DNA of 64,000 nt from Legionellales bacterium (GCA_002722435.1 PBLX01000055.1:8485-72484); one strand, 5' to 3'. Positions 47,659-57,545 are shown, numbered from the stretch's first letter. The notes: generated by a model from the sequence alone, not told the origin. Program-made: numbers and translations.

Positions 47659-48285
47659 ATGAGTAACCTCACTGAATTTTTACAACTACACCAAATGACG
47701 CTAGGCTTTGCCTACACACCGCTTATGACGGTGTACATACTGGCGATGATCAGTCCCATGTGGTCTCTTTATTTGCTCGTCTGCTCGTTGTTAAGCATAC
47801 TACCAACGGGGAGGTTTCAAGCACTTGCTGATTTGTGCCTCTCAACTCGCTTGACCATAGATGCACTCTTCAATCCTGTTGCCATCGTCTGTTACTGGTA
47901 CGTCATTCCGTACTATCTCGGCAATAGTGCTTATTTGGCCTATTTCTTTTTTACCAATTCAAGTGGATCGCAGTCGATTTTGCCAACACCCTATTTTGCG
48001 CTTAGTCTTTTTGTCTACATGGCATGGTACTCACTCAACCGTTATGTTTATAAAGCGATTAAGCCAGGTATTGATTTTAATAAAGAGTACTTGATGACTT
48101 TTTATTCCCCTTCGCGGATCTTTGGTAGTGCTGCCGTCTTATTAGCACTCTTTGATTTTGAGCCGACCATTGCCTACCTGCTGTGGTGCAATGTATATAT
48201 TGGTGTTGCTATTTCGCTGTTTCGCTATGTTAATAGTCTATACTACGCTTTCAGAACAGCTAACTTTCTGATGACAAATAAGTAG
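47659..48285 (+). CDS. Orphan 208-aa polytopic membrane protein
   Basis: The ORF has at least 5 hydrophobic segments rich in aromatic residues. I prefer the ATG at 47659 over the GTG at 47647. I recognise no family. Confidence 0.5.
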   Translation: MSNLTEFLQLHQMTLGFAYTPLMTVYILAMISPMWSLYLLVCSLLSILPTGRFQALADLCLSTRLTIDALFNPVAIVCYWYVIPYYLGNSAYLAYFFFTNSSGSQSILPTPYFALSLFVYMAWYSLNRYVYKAIKPGIDFNKEYLMTFYSPSRIFGSAAVLLALFDFEPTIAYLLWCNVYIGVAISLFRYVNSLYYAFRTANFLMTNK

Positions 48286-48290
48286 CTTGC

Positions 48291-50315
48291 TTACTTTGCT
48301 TCGAGTAATAGCTGTTTCAAGCGCTTGATTTCGTCTCTTATGCTTGCAGCCTGCTCGTACTCGAGTTGCTCTGCTGCTTTGTGCATGGATTTTTCTAGCT
48401 GCTTTAGTTCTTTCCGTAACGCCTTGTTATCCATATTTTTATAGGTATCAAGCAGTTCATCTTCCTCTTTTGGGGTAATCCCCACAATATCGGACTGCTG
48501 GTCAAGCGCTAACGGGTCGTGTATTGCTTTCTGTATGGTGCGCGGCGTAATGTTGTGCTCCTGATTATACCGTTCCTGGATGTCTCGTCGACGTGTTGTC
48601 TCGTCAATGGCGGTTCGCATAGCTTTGGTCATTTTGTCGGCATAGAGTATTGCTTTGCCGTTTTGGTGCCTCGCTGCTCGACCAATTGTCTGTATCAATG
48701 ATCGCTCTGAACGAAGGAAGCCCTCTTTGTCGGCATCGAATATGGCAACAAGTGATACCTCTGGTAGATCGATGCCCTCTCTAAGAAGGTTGATACCAAC
48801 GAGCACATCAAAAACCCCCTTTCTTAGATCTCTCAGAATCTCTACCCGCTCAACCGTATCAATGGAAGAATGTAGATAGCGAACCTTGATGCCTTGATCC
48901 GCTAGATAGTCGGCAAGTTGTTCAGACATCTTCTTGGTCAAGGTGGTAATCAGTACGCGTTCCTTTTTTGCTATACGCTCATTAATCTCACCAAAAACAT
49001 CGAGGACTTGGTTCTCGGCAGGCTTGACTTCCAATACAGGGTCAAGCAGTCCAGTCGGTCTCACCACAAGCTCAATGGGTTCTGGGGAGTTCTCTATCTC
49101 ATATGGACCAGGTGTTGCCGATACAAATATGGTTTGGTAACCAAATCGCTCATACTCAGCAAACTTCAGTGGCCGATTATCTAGCGCTGAAGGCAGCCTA
49201 AAGCCAAATTCAACCAAATTGCTCTTTCGGGAATGATCACCAGCATACATGCCTCCGATTTGAGGTATGGTGACATGTGACTCATCAACGATCACAAGCG
49301 TGTCGTCGGGTAGATAATCGAACAGTGTCGGTGGCGATTCACCAGCCTCGCGCCCAGAGAGGTAGCGAGAGTAGTTCTCGATACCTGAGCAATAACCTAA
49401 CTCATTCATCATTTCGATATCATAGTTGACGCGTTGGCGGATGCGCTCAGCTTCTAATAGCCTGTTGTTGTCATGATAGAAATTGATACGCTCCTTCAGC
49501 TCTTTCTGAATCAACTTAATGGTTTGATCAACCTTTTCACGCGGGGTCACGTAATGTGTTTTTGGGTAGAATGTGAAACTCTCTTTCTGCTGAATTTGCG
49601 TGCCTGTAAGTGGATCAAACTCGACGATTTTTTCAACTTCATCGTCTAGCATCTGAATACGTATCGCCGTAGATTCATGCTCTGCTGGGAATATATCGAT
49701 GACGTCACCATGGACTCGAAAAGCAGCTCGTTCGATGGTGAGACTGTTTCGGGTATACTGTAGTTTAACCAGACCTTGGATAAGCGCTCTTTGTTCAATC
49801 GTCTGCCCAGCACTCACCTGAAGCACCATATCGGCGTAGGACTCTGGGTCACCGAGTCCATAAATTGCTGATACCGTAGCAACAATAATCACATCTGAAC
49901 GCGAGGTGATTGACTTTGTTGCTGACAGCCGCATTTGTTCAATATGCTCGTTGATGGATGCATCTTTCTCAATAAATGTGTCTGAGCTTGGTACATACGC
50001 TTCGGGCTGATAGTAGTCGTAGTATGAGACAAAATACTCGACCGCATTGTTGGGAAAAAAGGCTTTCATCTCGCCGAACAATTGAGCTGCCAACGTTTTA
50101 TTCGGTGCCAGCACAATTGCAGACCGGCCTGTTTTTTGAATTAAATTGGCAATGGTGAATGTTTTTCCTGATCCGGTAACACCGAGTAGCGTTTGATGAC
50201 GCAGCTTCTTCTCAAGCCCGTCGGCTAAGTGCTCAACGACCTCAGCTTGCTTTGATGAGATTGAAAATGCAGATTTTATGGAGTAGTTGTCTGTTTTATT
50301 GTGTGAATCAACCAC
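48291..50315 (-). CDS. uvrB: Excinuclease ABC subunit B
   Basis: 674 aa with GVTGSGKTF (Walker A), VDESH, helicase motifs and the C-terminal UVR domain ([16 protein letters not shown]). Confidence 0.93.
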   Translation of the reverse strand: MVDSHNKTDNYSIKSAFSISSKQAEVVEHLADGLEKKLRHQTLLGVTGSGKTFTIANLIQKTGRSAIVLAPNKTLAAQLFGEMKAFFPNNAVEYFVSYYDYYQPEAYVPSSDTFIEKDASINEHIEQMRLSATKSITSRSDVIIVATVSAIYGLGDPESYADMVLQVSAGQTIEQRALIQGLVKLQYTRNSLTIERAAFRVHGDVIDIFPAEHESTAIRIQMLDDEVEKIVEFDPLTGTQIQQKESFTFYPKTHYVTPREKVDQTIKLIQKELKERINFYHDNNRLLEAERIRQRVNYDIEMMNELGYCSGIENYSRYLSGREAGESPPTLFDYLPDDTLVIVDESHVTIPQIGGMYAGDHSRKSNLVEFGFRLPSALDNRPLKFAEYERFGYQTIFVSATPGPYEIENSPEPIELVVRPTGLLDPVLEVKPAENQVLDVFGEINERIAKKERVLITTLTKKMSEQLADYLADQGIKVRYLHSSIDTVERVEILRDLRKGVFDVLVGINLLREGIDLPEVSLVAIFDADKEGFLRSERSLIQTIGRAARHQNGKAILYADKMTKAMRTAIDETTRRRDIQERYNQEHNITPRTIQKAIHDPLALDQQSDIVGITPKEEDELLDTYKNMDNKALRKELKQLEKSMHKAAEQLEYEQAASIRDEIKRLKQLLLEAK

Positions 50316-50400
50316 GTGCTTGTATTTGTTTATTGCTTACTGTATGTTAGCAACTATTACCAATGAATGCTACAAATAGCACACGCCAAGAGGTTTTTTT

Positions 50401-51594
50401 ATGCTAATATCAGAGCGCTGCCGCAATATCAACCCATCTGCAACCCTTGTGATTGCTGAGCAAGCGCAAGCGCTCAAATCCTCTGGCCAAGACATTATTT
50501 TCATGAATGCTGGTCAACCAGACGTCGATACACCACTGCACATCAAAGCAGCAGCTATGGAAGGCATACAGGAGGGCGTCACCAAGTATACCAGTGTTGG
50601 CGGAACCACCGAGTTAAAGAAAGCGATTATTGAGAAGTTTCAGCGCGAAAATGAATTAAATTATGACATTAGTGAAGTCATGGCATCTACTGGTGGCAAG
50701 CAGGCCATTTACAATGCCTTTATGGCGACCTTGAACAAGGGTGATGAGGTGATAATTCAGGCACCCTACTGGACATCATACCCAGAGATGATCAAGCTTG
50801 CCGGTGCCGAGCCCGTTATCATCCCGACGACCCAAGCCAACAACTTTAAAATTAAAGGTCAGCAACTAGCCAAAGCTATAACACCATACACGAAGATGGT
50901 CATCATCAATAGCCCGAGTAATCCCACAGGGACATACTACGACGAAGAAGATTTGCAAATGCTTGCGAATGTTTTGGTAGAGCACCCAAAGATTCTCATC
51001 ATGTCCGATGATGTCTATGAAAAGATACTCTGGGGCCAGGATGGCTTCAAAAACATCGTCAATGTCGTGCCAAGTTTTAAAGACAGAACCATCATCATTA
51101 ATTCGCTGTCAAAAACCTACGCGATGACCGGTTGGCGCTTAGGCTACGCTGCTGCAAACGCAGAGCTTATCAAAGCGATGATCAAGGTTCAGTCTCAAAC
51201 AACGTCCAACCCATGCTCTATCAGCCAGGTGGCAGGTATTGCTGCGTTGAGTAAACACAGTCTGCAACCGATCAATGAGATGGTCAGTAAGTATAGCTCA
51301 CGTTTTCAGTATGTCTGTGAACGGGTGAATAAACTACCTGGTGTGACCATGTCGGCCCCGTCTGGTGCGTTTTATATCCTCCCGGATATGACGGACTTGA
51401 TTAAATCACTAAAGCTGAAAGACGACGTAGCATTGTGTAGTTTTTTTCTTGAGAAGGCCTCTGTATCAACCGTACCAGGGAGTGCTTTTGGCGCGCCGAA
51501 TCATATTCGCTTGTCTTATGTTATCGGCAAATCCACTATAGAGACAGCATTCAATCGTATAGAAAAAGCGATTGAGGAAGCACTCGCAGAGTAA
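50401..51594 (+). CDS. Pyridoxal-phosphate-dependent aminotransferase, class I (aspartate aminotransferase-like)
   Basis: 397 aa with NSPSNPTG, the SLSKTYAMTGWRLGY PLP-lysine motif, and IRLSY near the C-terminus. Confidence 0.88.
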   Translation: MLISERCRNINPSATLVIAEQAQALKSSGQDIIFMNAGQPDVDTPLHIKAAAMEGIQEGVTKYTSVGGTTELKKAIIEKFQRENELNYDISEVMASTGGKQAIYNAFMATLNKGDEVIIQAPYWTSYPEMIKLAGAEPVIIPTTQANNFKIKGQQLAKAITPYTKMVIINSPSNPTGTYYDEEDLQMLANVLVEHPKILIMSDDVYEKILWGQDGFKNIVNVVPSFKDRTIIINSLSKTYAMTGWRLGYAAANAELIKAMIKVQSQTTSNPCSISQVAGIAALSKHSLQPINEMVSKYSSRFQYVCERVNKLPGVTMSAPSGAFYILPDMTDLIKSLKLKDDVALCSFFLEKASVSTVPGSAFGAPNHIRLSYVIGKSTIETAFNRIEKAIEEALAE

Positions 51595-51640
51595 TCACTT
51601 AGCGACTAATGGCAGTCCGATGCCTCTGGGCAATACCATG

Positions 51641-52117
51641 CTATCCTCTGTATGGCAGTGATGAGTGGTGTAAGAAAATTTTCAACCTACCCTGCTCAGT
51701 ACTTAGGTAGCCAAATGTATATTCAACGCGTGTTTTATTGAGCGCGTAGTCGGTGAACTCATAGTGACCCATCACGGTTGCAATGTCGTGGTGCTGATAG
51801 ACCCCGTGGTTCTCAAACGTGATGCTACGCCACGGCGCTAAGGCAAAACCATTGTCTTCTGCATAGGATAAGTTGCCACCGACAAAGTATGATAAAGCGC
51901 TCTCCAATGTGGCGCGAAACGATTGGTCTTGTACCTTGGTCGGCTTGAACAGAACCGTGCCACATTCGTAGTCGTATGCATAATGCGCACTGATAAAGGC
52001 TTTTGCTGCTGATTGATAATCTTTTTTTTCTTGCCAACGCTGGCCAATTGATATGATCCCATCGGCCCAAGCGGTTTGTGCCGCCTCTATCTGACTTAAT
52101 GATATCTTGCTTGGCAT
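51641..52117 (-). CDS. Hypothetical protein, possibly an NTF2-like (SnoaL/CaMKII-AD-like) fold
   Basis: 158-aa ORF. The assignment rests only on length and an N-terminal W..G.......Y pattern, so it is weak. Confidence 0.4.
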   Translation of the reverse strand: MPSKISLSQIEAAQTAWADGIISIGQRWQEKKDYQSAAKAFISAHYAYDYECGTVLFKPTKVQDQSFRATLESALSYFVGGNLSYAEDNGFALAPWRSITFENHGVYQHHDIATVMGHYEFTDYALNKTRVEYTFGYLSTEQGRLKIFLHHSSLPYRG

Positions 52118-52269
52118 ATTCTATGCTTATCCTTATCAATGATCATGAGAATAGTATCATTCACCAACAAAAATTCAACTGTTAGCGCTCCATATACGCT
52201 TTATTGTCATATCAGCGCGCCATTAGTCTCGTCTAATGCATCTCGATTTTGAGCTATATATCGTGCATA

Positions 52270-53247
52270 ATGTCAAAATTATCAGATGATGGTTCTTTAA
52301 TGATTGACGCGTGGTGTATCACAGAGGGCAAACAGGGCATGATCCATCAGGTCCACGGCCTTGCGCAAGCGATGGGCCTGACCTATGCATCCCGTCAGGT
52401 AAAGCTACGCTTACCTTGGCATTACTTGCCAAATGGTTGTTACCCTCTGATCAATTATGCGATCGCTAATATCAATGACTTTTCACCGAAGCATTGTCCC
52501 CGTATCATCATTACCTGCGGTAAACGCAGTATATTTGCATCGCTTTATCTGAAGTCAGTGCTTGGCAACCGAATCAAGACCATTCATATCCAAAATCCCC
52601 AGATTGCAACCAGTCGCTTTGATCACGTCGTTGCGCCACAGCATGATGCGTTGTCGGGTGAGAATGTAATATCGACACGTTTTGCGATCAATCACATCAC
52701 AGCAACGCTTCTTACGCAATCAGCAGATGCCCTGCAGAAACACTTTAAGCCTTATACTAGACCGTTAACGCTTGTTATTCTTGGTGGGACAAACCGCCAC
52801 TTTCACTTCACAACTGCATCTCTTACTTCGCTTTGTCAAAGCTTGACTACGCTTTGTATGGATGGGGGCGAATGTGTTGTCGTTCCATCCCGACGCACGC
52901 CTGATGATGTCTGTGAACAATTTCGCACTTGGGCAGAGCAGACGAGCAATGCCCACTTTTGGACTGACGGCAATTTTAATCCTTATCTTGGCTTACTGGC
53001 TATTTGTGATCGTGTGGTTATCACAGCAGACTCTTCATCGATGATCTCTGAATCAATATCGGCGAAAAAACCAACTTATATATACCAACTTCCAGCCAAG
53101 CGCCAACATAATCGCTTGATGCGTTTCATTGAGATGTTATTTGTTGATAAGCTTGCCCAGCCACTGTCTTTTCCACTTACCCCATGTCGCACAGCGAGCT
53201 ATTCGGAGACTGAGCATGTCGCCGGTCAGTTATTGTCCCAAGTATAA
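52270..53247 (+). CDS. ELM1/DUF1022 family protein (mitochondrial-fission ELM1-like putative glycosyltransferase)
   Basis: About 325 aa. The N-terminal ITEGKQGMIHQVHGLAQAMGL resembles the SDGK.G...Q..GLA..L signature, with GGTNRHF and ITADSSSMISE further on. I prefer the ATG at 52270 over the TTG at 52249. Confidence 0.7.
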   Translation: MSKLSDDGSLMIDAWCITEGKQGMIHQVHGLAQAMGLTYASRQVKLRLPWHYLPNGCYPLINYAIANINDFSPKHCPRIIITCGKRSIFASLYLKSVLGNRIKTIHIQNPQIATSRFDHVVAPQHDALSGENVISTRFAINHITATLLTQSADALQKHFKPYTRPLTLVILGGTNRHFHFTTASLTSLCQSLTTLCMDGGECVVVPSRRTPDDVCEQFRTWAEQTSNAHFWTDGNFNPYLGLLAICDRVVITADSSSMISESISAKKPTYIYQLPAKRQHNRLMRFIEMLFVDKLAQPLSFPLTPCRTASYSETEHVAGQLLSQV

Positions 53248-53263
53248 AATCATTTAGTGATCG

Positions 53264-54745
53264 TTATTTCTTCTTTTTTTTGCCAAGATCTTTGAGAATA
53301 TCTGCGTATGTACCCTTCATATTTGGTGATCGATTCGATTGGTTTGGTTGGTTTGGATCCTGATTTTCTTGATCATCCAAAACAGACTTATTATGCATCT
53401 GATCGACAATCTTTGCTGCACGCTCAGTTTGAACTTTTGAATCCTCCTTCATGCCGTCAAGAACAGGACGGCAATATCTGTTGTCACTCAATACGCCGAG
53501 TAACCGTGCACACAATGCCTCACAGTGCATGAGCTGACGGGTTTTATTAGCAATAGGTGTCATCTGATGATTGACCACGAATGTCTCAATATCGCCCCTC
53601 TCCTCACGGATACGTTCGGCGATATGTGATAGGTGCGCATCAAACTCGCGTGGCCTGTCCTGAAACTGACCATTACCCGTTACGATGGCAACTGTTTTTT
53701 TCCTTTTTCTGTCCATTTCATCGTACACCGTGATCAGCCCTACATTCACAATCAAGGATCGCCTCTTCTCTGTTGTGATTTTACTAGGTGACTGTACCTG
53801 AATTTTTGATATATCTAAGTATGTGTAAGCATTCATAAATACTTGACTTAGATGATCAACTTCTTCTGGCAAACTATGTATGTCAAAAGCGTTTGCACTG
53901 CTCTGCTCTTGCGGTGCTCTAGGAAAAATCCCTACCCTGCTTTTATTACCGTGGTTTAAGAATATCGTTGTCATATTCTCATTTCGGGTCGCTATCGAGC
54001 AACACTGTACTGTTCGCGCAAGATCTCTCAGAGACATTCCGCCGTAGGACGGGTTTCTATCGCAAAAATTACTATGAGAATTTAGGGAGATTCGTTGCCA
54101 AGGATCAGCACTTGTGTTGTCGATAACGCCAATACGGTTTGTATGCATTAATCCATTGACAAAGCTTCGAAATGCCTCTTGGCAGGTTGTTAATTGTTTA
54201 TGAAAACTCGAAGAATTATAAATACTTTTTGGTAGATCAGCATCCGCTTGTGTCGCATGACGGTGTGGACTGTCCATGAGCTTTGTTTTAGTTTTACTTT
54301 GTCGTGGGGGTGTAGCTGGCATTTTTAAGTCTTGACGTAATATCTGATCTACATCGAAACTTGCTAATGACCCATCATCGTCTGAAGAAGATTGGAGGGT
54401 GCTGTCTGAGAATGAACCTGGTGTACTGATTGGACTATCTGTCCTGTCGCTCAAAGTGCTTGCAGGACTATCGGTCCTATCTGTTGGGGTACTTGCTGAA
54501 CTATCGACCCGATACCGATCCACAAGGCTTTGATTGTGTGCTTCGACCTCGTCATCAAGTTCTTTGTTAAGGCTATCACTATTTTTGGCCTTGGGCGTTG
54601 TGCTAGTATGCGAACCGCTTGATAGCGACGCATCTTCAGTATCGGTTAACGTCGGGTCCGTCTCTCTTGCCTTCTCCGGCGATTGTGTTTCAGATACGCT
54701 GTTTCTTGTTCTTGCCTTTTTTTTTGGCAATTTTTTTTTAGGCAT
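53264..54745 (-). CDS. Orphan 493-aa protein: polybasic N-terminus, about 170 aa of S/T/D-rich low complexity, a globular C-terminal half, and a KKKKK C-terminus
   Basis: Long ORF. The ATG is preceded by AAGGG. I recognise no family. Confidence 0.7.
   Translation of the reverse strand: MPKKKLPKKKARTRNSVSETQSPEKARETDPTLTDTEDASLSSGSHTSTTPKAKNSDSLNKELDDEVEAHNQSLVDRYRVDSSASTPTDRTDSPASTLSDRTDSPISTPGSFSDSTLQSSSDDDGSLASFDVDQILRQDLKMPATPPRQSKTKTKLMDSPHRHATQADADLPKSIYNSSSFHKQLTTCQEAFRSFVNGLMHTNRIGVIDNTSADPWQRISLNSHSNFCDRNPSYGGMSLRDLARTVQCCSIATRNENMTTIFLNHGNKSRVGIFPRAPQEQSSANAFDIHSLPEEVDHLSQVFMNAYTYLDISKIQVQSPSKITTEKRRSLIVNVGLITVYDEMDRKRKKTVAIVTGNGQFQDRPREFDAHLSHIAERIREERGDIETFVVNHQMTPIANKTRQLMHCEALCARLLGVLSDNRYCRPVLDGMKEDSKVQTERAAKIVDQMHNKSVLDDQENQDPNQPNQSNRSPNMKGTYADILKDLGKKKKK
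54431..54496 (-). repeat. Imperfect 33-bp tandem coding repeat (x2) in the orphan 493-aa gene
   Basis: The units at 54431-54463 and 54464-54496 match at about 23 of 33 positions. They encode (S/T)..DRTDSP(A/I)ST twice. Confidence 0.7.
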
Positions 54746-54949
54746 TGTATCACCCTTTATATTATTGTTATTGGCTCATTACGCGCCTATGTACTTTATA
54801 GACCACTTGTTAGTATTTATCAGAAACGATCCATACTTTATGCATTTTTCTTATTGTCTGTTTACTGGCCTTCTGTTTTCTATCTTGTGCTTTCCGCAGG
54901 CGGTAGATACGGTTACAATAGGTGTTATCTCTTATATCAGGTTGTCAAT

Positions 54950-55543
54950 ATGGTTGTTTTTTACACAGGTAATGAAGGAAAAGTGAAAGAGTTGAGGCTT
55001 CTTTTTTCTCAATCTGGTATCGATATTGTCTCAGCCAATGCCATTGGCATTGATACCGGCATCCCTGAGACTGGCCTAACATTTGTTGAAAATGCGTTGA
55101 TCAAGGCTCGCCACGGTGCACTGCAAGCACAACAAGGATGTATTGCGGATGATTCTGGGCTTTTAGTTGATAAACTGTCAGGACAACCGGGTGTAAAGTC
55201 CGCTCGATTTTCTGGGGAAAACGCGACGCATACTGAAAACTTATCCCATCTTCTGAATTGCTTAGTGGATGTTGAAACCGCAAAGCGTATCGCAACGTTT
55301 ATCTGTTGTTTGGTTTATTTACGCCACGCTGATGACCCATGTCCTCTCATTGCCTTTGGTTCATTATCTGGCTTGATTGCGAAAAAACCCACAGGAACCG
55401 GCGGTTTTGGTTACGATCCTGTTTTTTACTTACCTAAACACAATAAGACGCTTGCTGAACTCTCAGCTGCTGAAAAAAACAGAATTAGCCACAGGGCAAT
55501 GGCATCTCAGGAACTTTTACGACAATTTTGTTGCGCTGAATAG
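54950..55543 (+). CDS. rdgB: dITP/XTP pyrophosphatase RdgB (HAM1 family)
   Basis: MVVFYTGNEGKVKEL..., ETGLTFVENALIKA, DDSGL, GFGYDPVF and SHR. The ATG at 54950 gives the typical length of about 198 aa. The upstream part of track ORF 54683.. is not coding. Confidence 0.9.
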   Translation: MVVFYTGNEGKVKELRLLFSQSGIDIVSANAIGIDTGIPETGLTFVENALIKARHGALQAQQGCIADDSGLLVDKLSGQPGVKSARFSGENATHTENLSHLLNCLVDVETAKRIATFICCLVYLRHADDPCPLIAFGSLSGLIAKKPTGTGGFGYDPVFYLPKHNKTLAELSAAEKNRISHRAMASQELLRQFCCAE

Positions 55544-55661
55544 TGGATTTTTTGCTATGACCTGTGATTGCTATACCTCCGTAATTTGTTGTTATAATTC
55601 ATGAAATATATGATATTTGTGCTATATATTGACTAACTGCGATTCAATAAAGGAGAAAAAA

Positions 55662-56102
55662 ATGGCAGATTTTGATAAACAAATTAAAGGTATTTTCAAT
55701 ACGGTACGGTCTACGATCAATCCTGACTATGCCATTCCTAAGGATAAAGAAAATGAACCTATGAATGTACGCATCAAACGCATGAAGGAGTCTGCTGATA
55801 TGTTGACCGATAAGCTCAAAGGCATCAGCGATAGTTTAACGACATTCAACACCAATCTCAGCGCCCTAACAGAAGAAATTCAGCCTTATCTTGATAAGGA
55901 AACGGCAAAAGCTGCTGAAGCGCCTGCTGATAGTAGTGCTCCAGCAGAAAAAACCGGTGCAGTTGATCCGACATCAGAAGAGGTTGTCACAGAAGACAAA
56001 AAAGCAGACACTGCTGAAAAGCCAGTTGCAGAAGACAAGCCTGCAGATGATAAACCGGCTGAGGACAAACCAGCTGATGAAACAAAAGAAGCACCGAAAT
56101 AA
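55662..56102 (+). CDS. Hypothetical 146-aa acidic protein with a C-terminal DKPA(D/E) pentapeptide repeat
   Basis: The ATG at 55662 has AAGGAG 8 nt upstream. Extended -10-like elements (TGTTATAAT, TGCTATATA) lie upstream. The repeat is encoded at 56031-56081. Confidence 0.65.
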   Translation: MADFDKQIKGIFNTVRSTINPDYAIPKDKENEPMNVRIKRMKESADMLTDKLKGISDSLTTFNTNLSALTEEIQPYLDKETAKAAEAPADSSAPAEKTGAVDPTSEEVVTEDKKADTAEKPVAEDKPADDKPAEDKPADETKEAPK

Positions 56103-56121
56103 ACGCGCAGGATAATATGCA

Positions 56122-56194
56122 CTCCCCGGGACGGACTCGAACCGCCGACCCAATGGTTAACAGCCATTTGCTCTACCGACTGAGCTACCGGGGA
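56122..56194 (-). tRNA. tRNA-Asn (anticodon GTT)
   Basis: The reverse complement TCCCCGGTAGCTCAGTCGGTAGAGCAAATGGCTGTTAACCATTGGGTCGGCGGTTCGAGTCCGTCCCGGGGAG folds as a cloverleaf. The anticodon loop is CTGTTAA. No CCA is encoded. Confidence 0.9.
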
Positions 56195-56203
56195 ATTGTG
56201 CGT

Positions 56204-56232
56204 ATTATAACCAGTTTTTATCTTGTGGTCAA
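56204..56232 (-). promoter_or_regulatory. Near-consensus sigma70 promoter for tRNA-Asn
   Basis: On the minus strand: TTGACC (56232-56227), a 17-nt spacer, then TATAAT (56209-56204), with 9 nt to the mature tRNA 5-prime end. Confidence 0.6.
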
Positions 56233-56255
56233 CGAATCACTTGTATGAACACATA

Positions 56256-56300
56256 CCGCGAATCGTCAGCTACACTGGCGATTGCGCGGTTTTTCTTTTT
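56256..56300 (+). terminator. Rho-independent terminator on the plus strand
   Basis: CCGCGAATCG (56256-56265) pairs with CGATT(G)CGCGG (56279-56289). That is a 10-bp stem with one bulge and a 13-nt loop, followed by TTTTTCTTTTT (56290-56300). Confidence 0.55.
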
Positions 56301-56381
56301 CGATGCTCTGATTGCCAGTCTGTCACTGCTGCCATGCACCAATCAAGACACTGAGCATATGTTCTTGATGATACTTTGTGC

Positions 56382-57545
56382 TTATGAGAGATGTCGACCA
56401 CCATCAAGGAATATAACCTGGCCATTGACATAGTCGTTCTTATGCAAAAAAAGGCTGGTGTCGACAAGATCTGCCGTATCACCTTTGCGGGGTAGCGCTT
56501 TCTTCTCGATGATGCGCTTGTTTTCTTCATGACTTCTACTTGAGCCAACAGGATCCATAATCCAGCCAGGAGCAATCGCATTGACTCTGAATTGTGGTCG
56601 GTGTTGTGCAGCCTTTTGCTTGGTAATATCTCCAAGTAGCTTCTTTGTCATCATATAGTGATTATGGGGCGAATCATTCCTCGTGATTGCATTATCTAAA
56701 ATATTGATAACATGCCCACACTTTTGGCTGTGGATGTACTGTTCGATTAACTTTAGCGGCGACATAAAATTGATATGCCACTGTTTCTCTTTTATTTGTC
56801 GATCATTGTCTACTACCTGATCATCATAGAAGCTAGCCGCGCTGTTAATGAGTAGATCAATTTTCTGCTCCTTAATGATACTGACATCAAGATCACGATT
56901 TCCTAGATCAGCCTGCCATAGATGACCCTTCTGACCGTACTGCTCGATGATCTTTTGTACTTGCTTGATATCGTTCTTAGAATGATTGTAATGCAGTATG
57001 AGGTCAAAACCTTCTTTTGCAAAAGCGATTGCTAATGCTCTTCCAACTCGTTTTGCTGAACCAGTGACCAGCGCGGTCCGGCGATCGCTTCTAATGCGCC
57101 TGATGTCGGTTTTTTCCAGTGATGTAAAATGATGGTAGAGGCTTTGACCATCTTCATATGCTAGCCCAATATCGAGATCCATCAACGGCTTAACGATCTG
57201 TGGATAGTTAAGATCTTTTTTACTATCGACCAGCCAACTACCATTGTGCACCATGATATCAATATCAATTGTGCGCGATGCAAATGCATCACTCGTTCGG
57301 ACTCTACCCAATTGCTTTTCGATTGCAAGTAGCTCTGTCTTGATTGTACTGAGGTCTAATGCAGTCTTGACTACTATTGCTTGATCTAGAAATGCTGGCA
57401 AACCTTTTTTGATTGATGGCGTCTCGAACACAGCTGACTTCTTCTCAATCACTGCCATATTCTCAATTAATCGGCAGGCCCTGCTGATATTGTTCTCACG
57501 ATCGATATTAGATCCAAGTATGAGAATATATTCATTCAAAGTCAT
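56382..57545 (-). CDS. folK: Fusion protein: HPPK (FolK) N-terminal domain plus a FolM/PTR1-like short-chain pteridine reductase C-terminal domain
   Basis: The N-terminal part has ILGSN, F.TP, IEKQLGRVR and RTIDIDIM (HPPK). The C-terminal part has TGSAKRVG, which fits the TGxxxRxG motif reported for FolM/PTR1, a YMMTK catalytic YxxxK, and NAIAPG. I prefer the ATG at 57545; the track starts at 57596, inside folB. Confidence 0.78.
   Translation of the reverse strand: MTLNEYILILGSNIDRENNISRACRLIENMAVIEKKSAVFETPSIKKGLPAFLDQAIVVKTALDLSTIKTELLAIEKQLGRVRTSDAFASRTIDIDIMVHNGSWLVDSKKDLNYPQIVKPLMDLDIGLAYEDGQSLYHHFTSLEKTDIRRIRSDRRTALVTGSAKRVGRALAIAFAKEGFDLILHYNHSKNDIKQVQKIIEQYGQKGHLWQADLGNRDLDVSIIKEQKIDLLINSAASFYDDQVVDNDRQIKEKQWHINFMSPLKLIEQYIHSQKCGHVINILDNAITRNDSPHNHYMMTKKLLGDITKQKAAQHRPQFRVNAIAPGWIMDPVGSSRSHEENKRIIEKKALPRKGDTADLVDTSLFLHKNDYVNGQVIFLDGGRHLS

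Noticed and set aside
50338-50356. A possible LexA/SOS box upstream of uvrB (TACTGTATGTTAGCAACTA).
   Set aside because: Only the CTGT half-site is present. The second half reads AACT instead of ACAG, so it does not meet the CTGT-N8-ACAG consensus.
54534-54949. Plus-strand ORFs (54534-54986, and the 5-prime extension of 54683-55543) upstream of rdgB.
   Set aside because: They run antisense through the start of the 493-aa orphan gene and the intergenic promoter region. RdgB homology begins only at the ATG at 54950, and the extension is Phe/Leu/Cys-rich junk.
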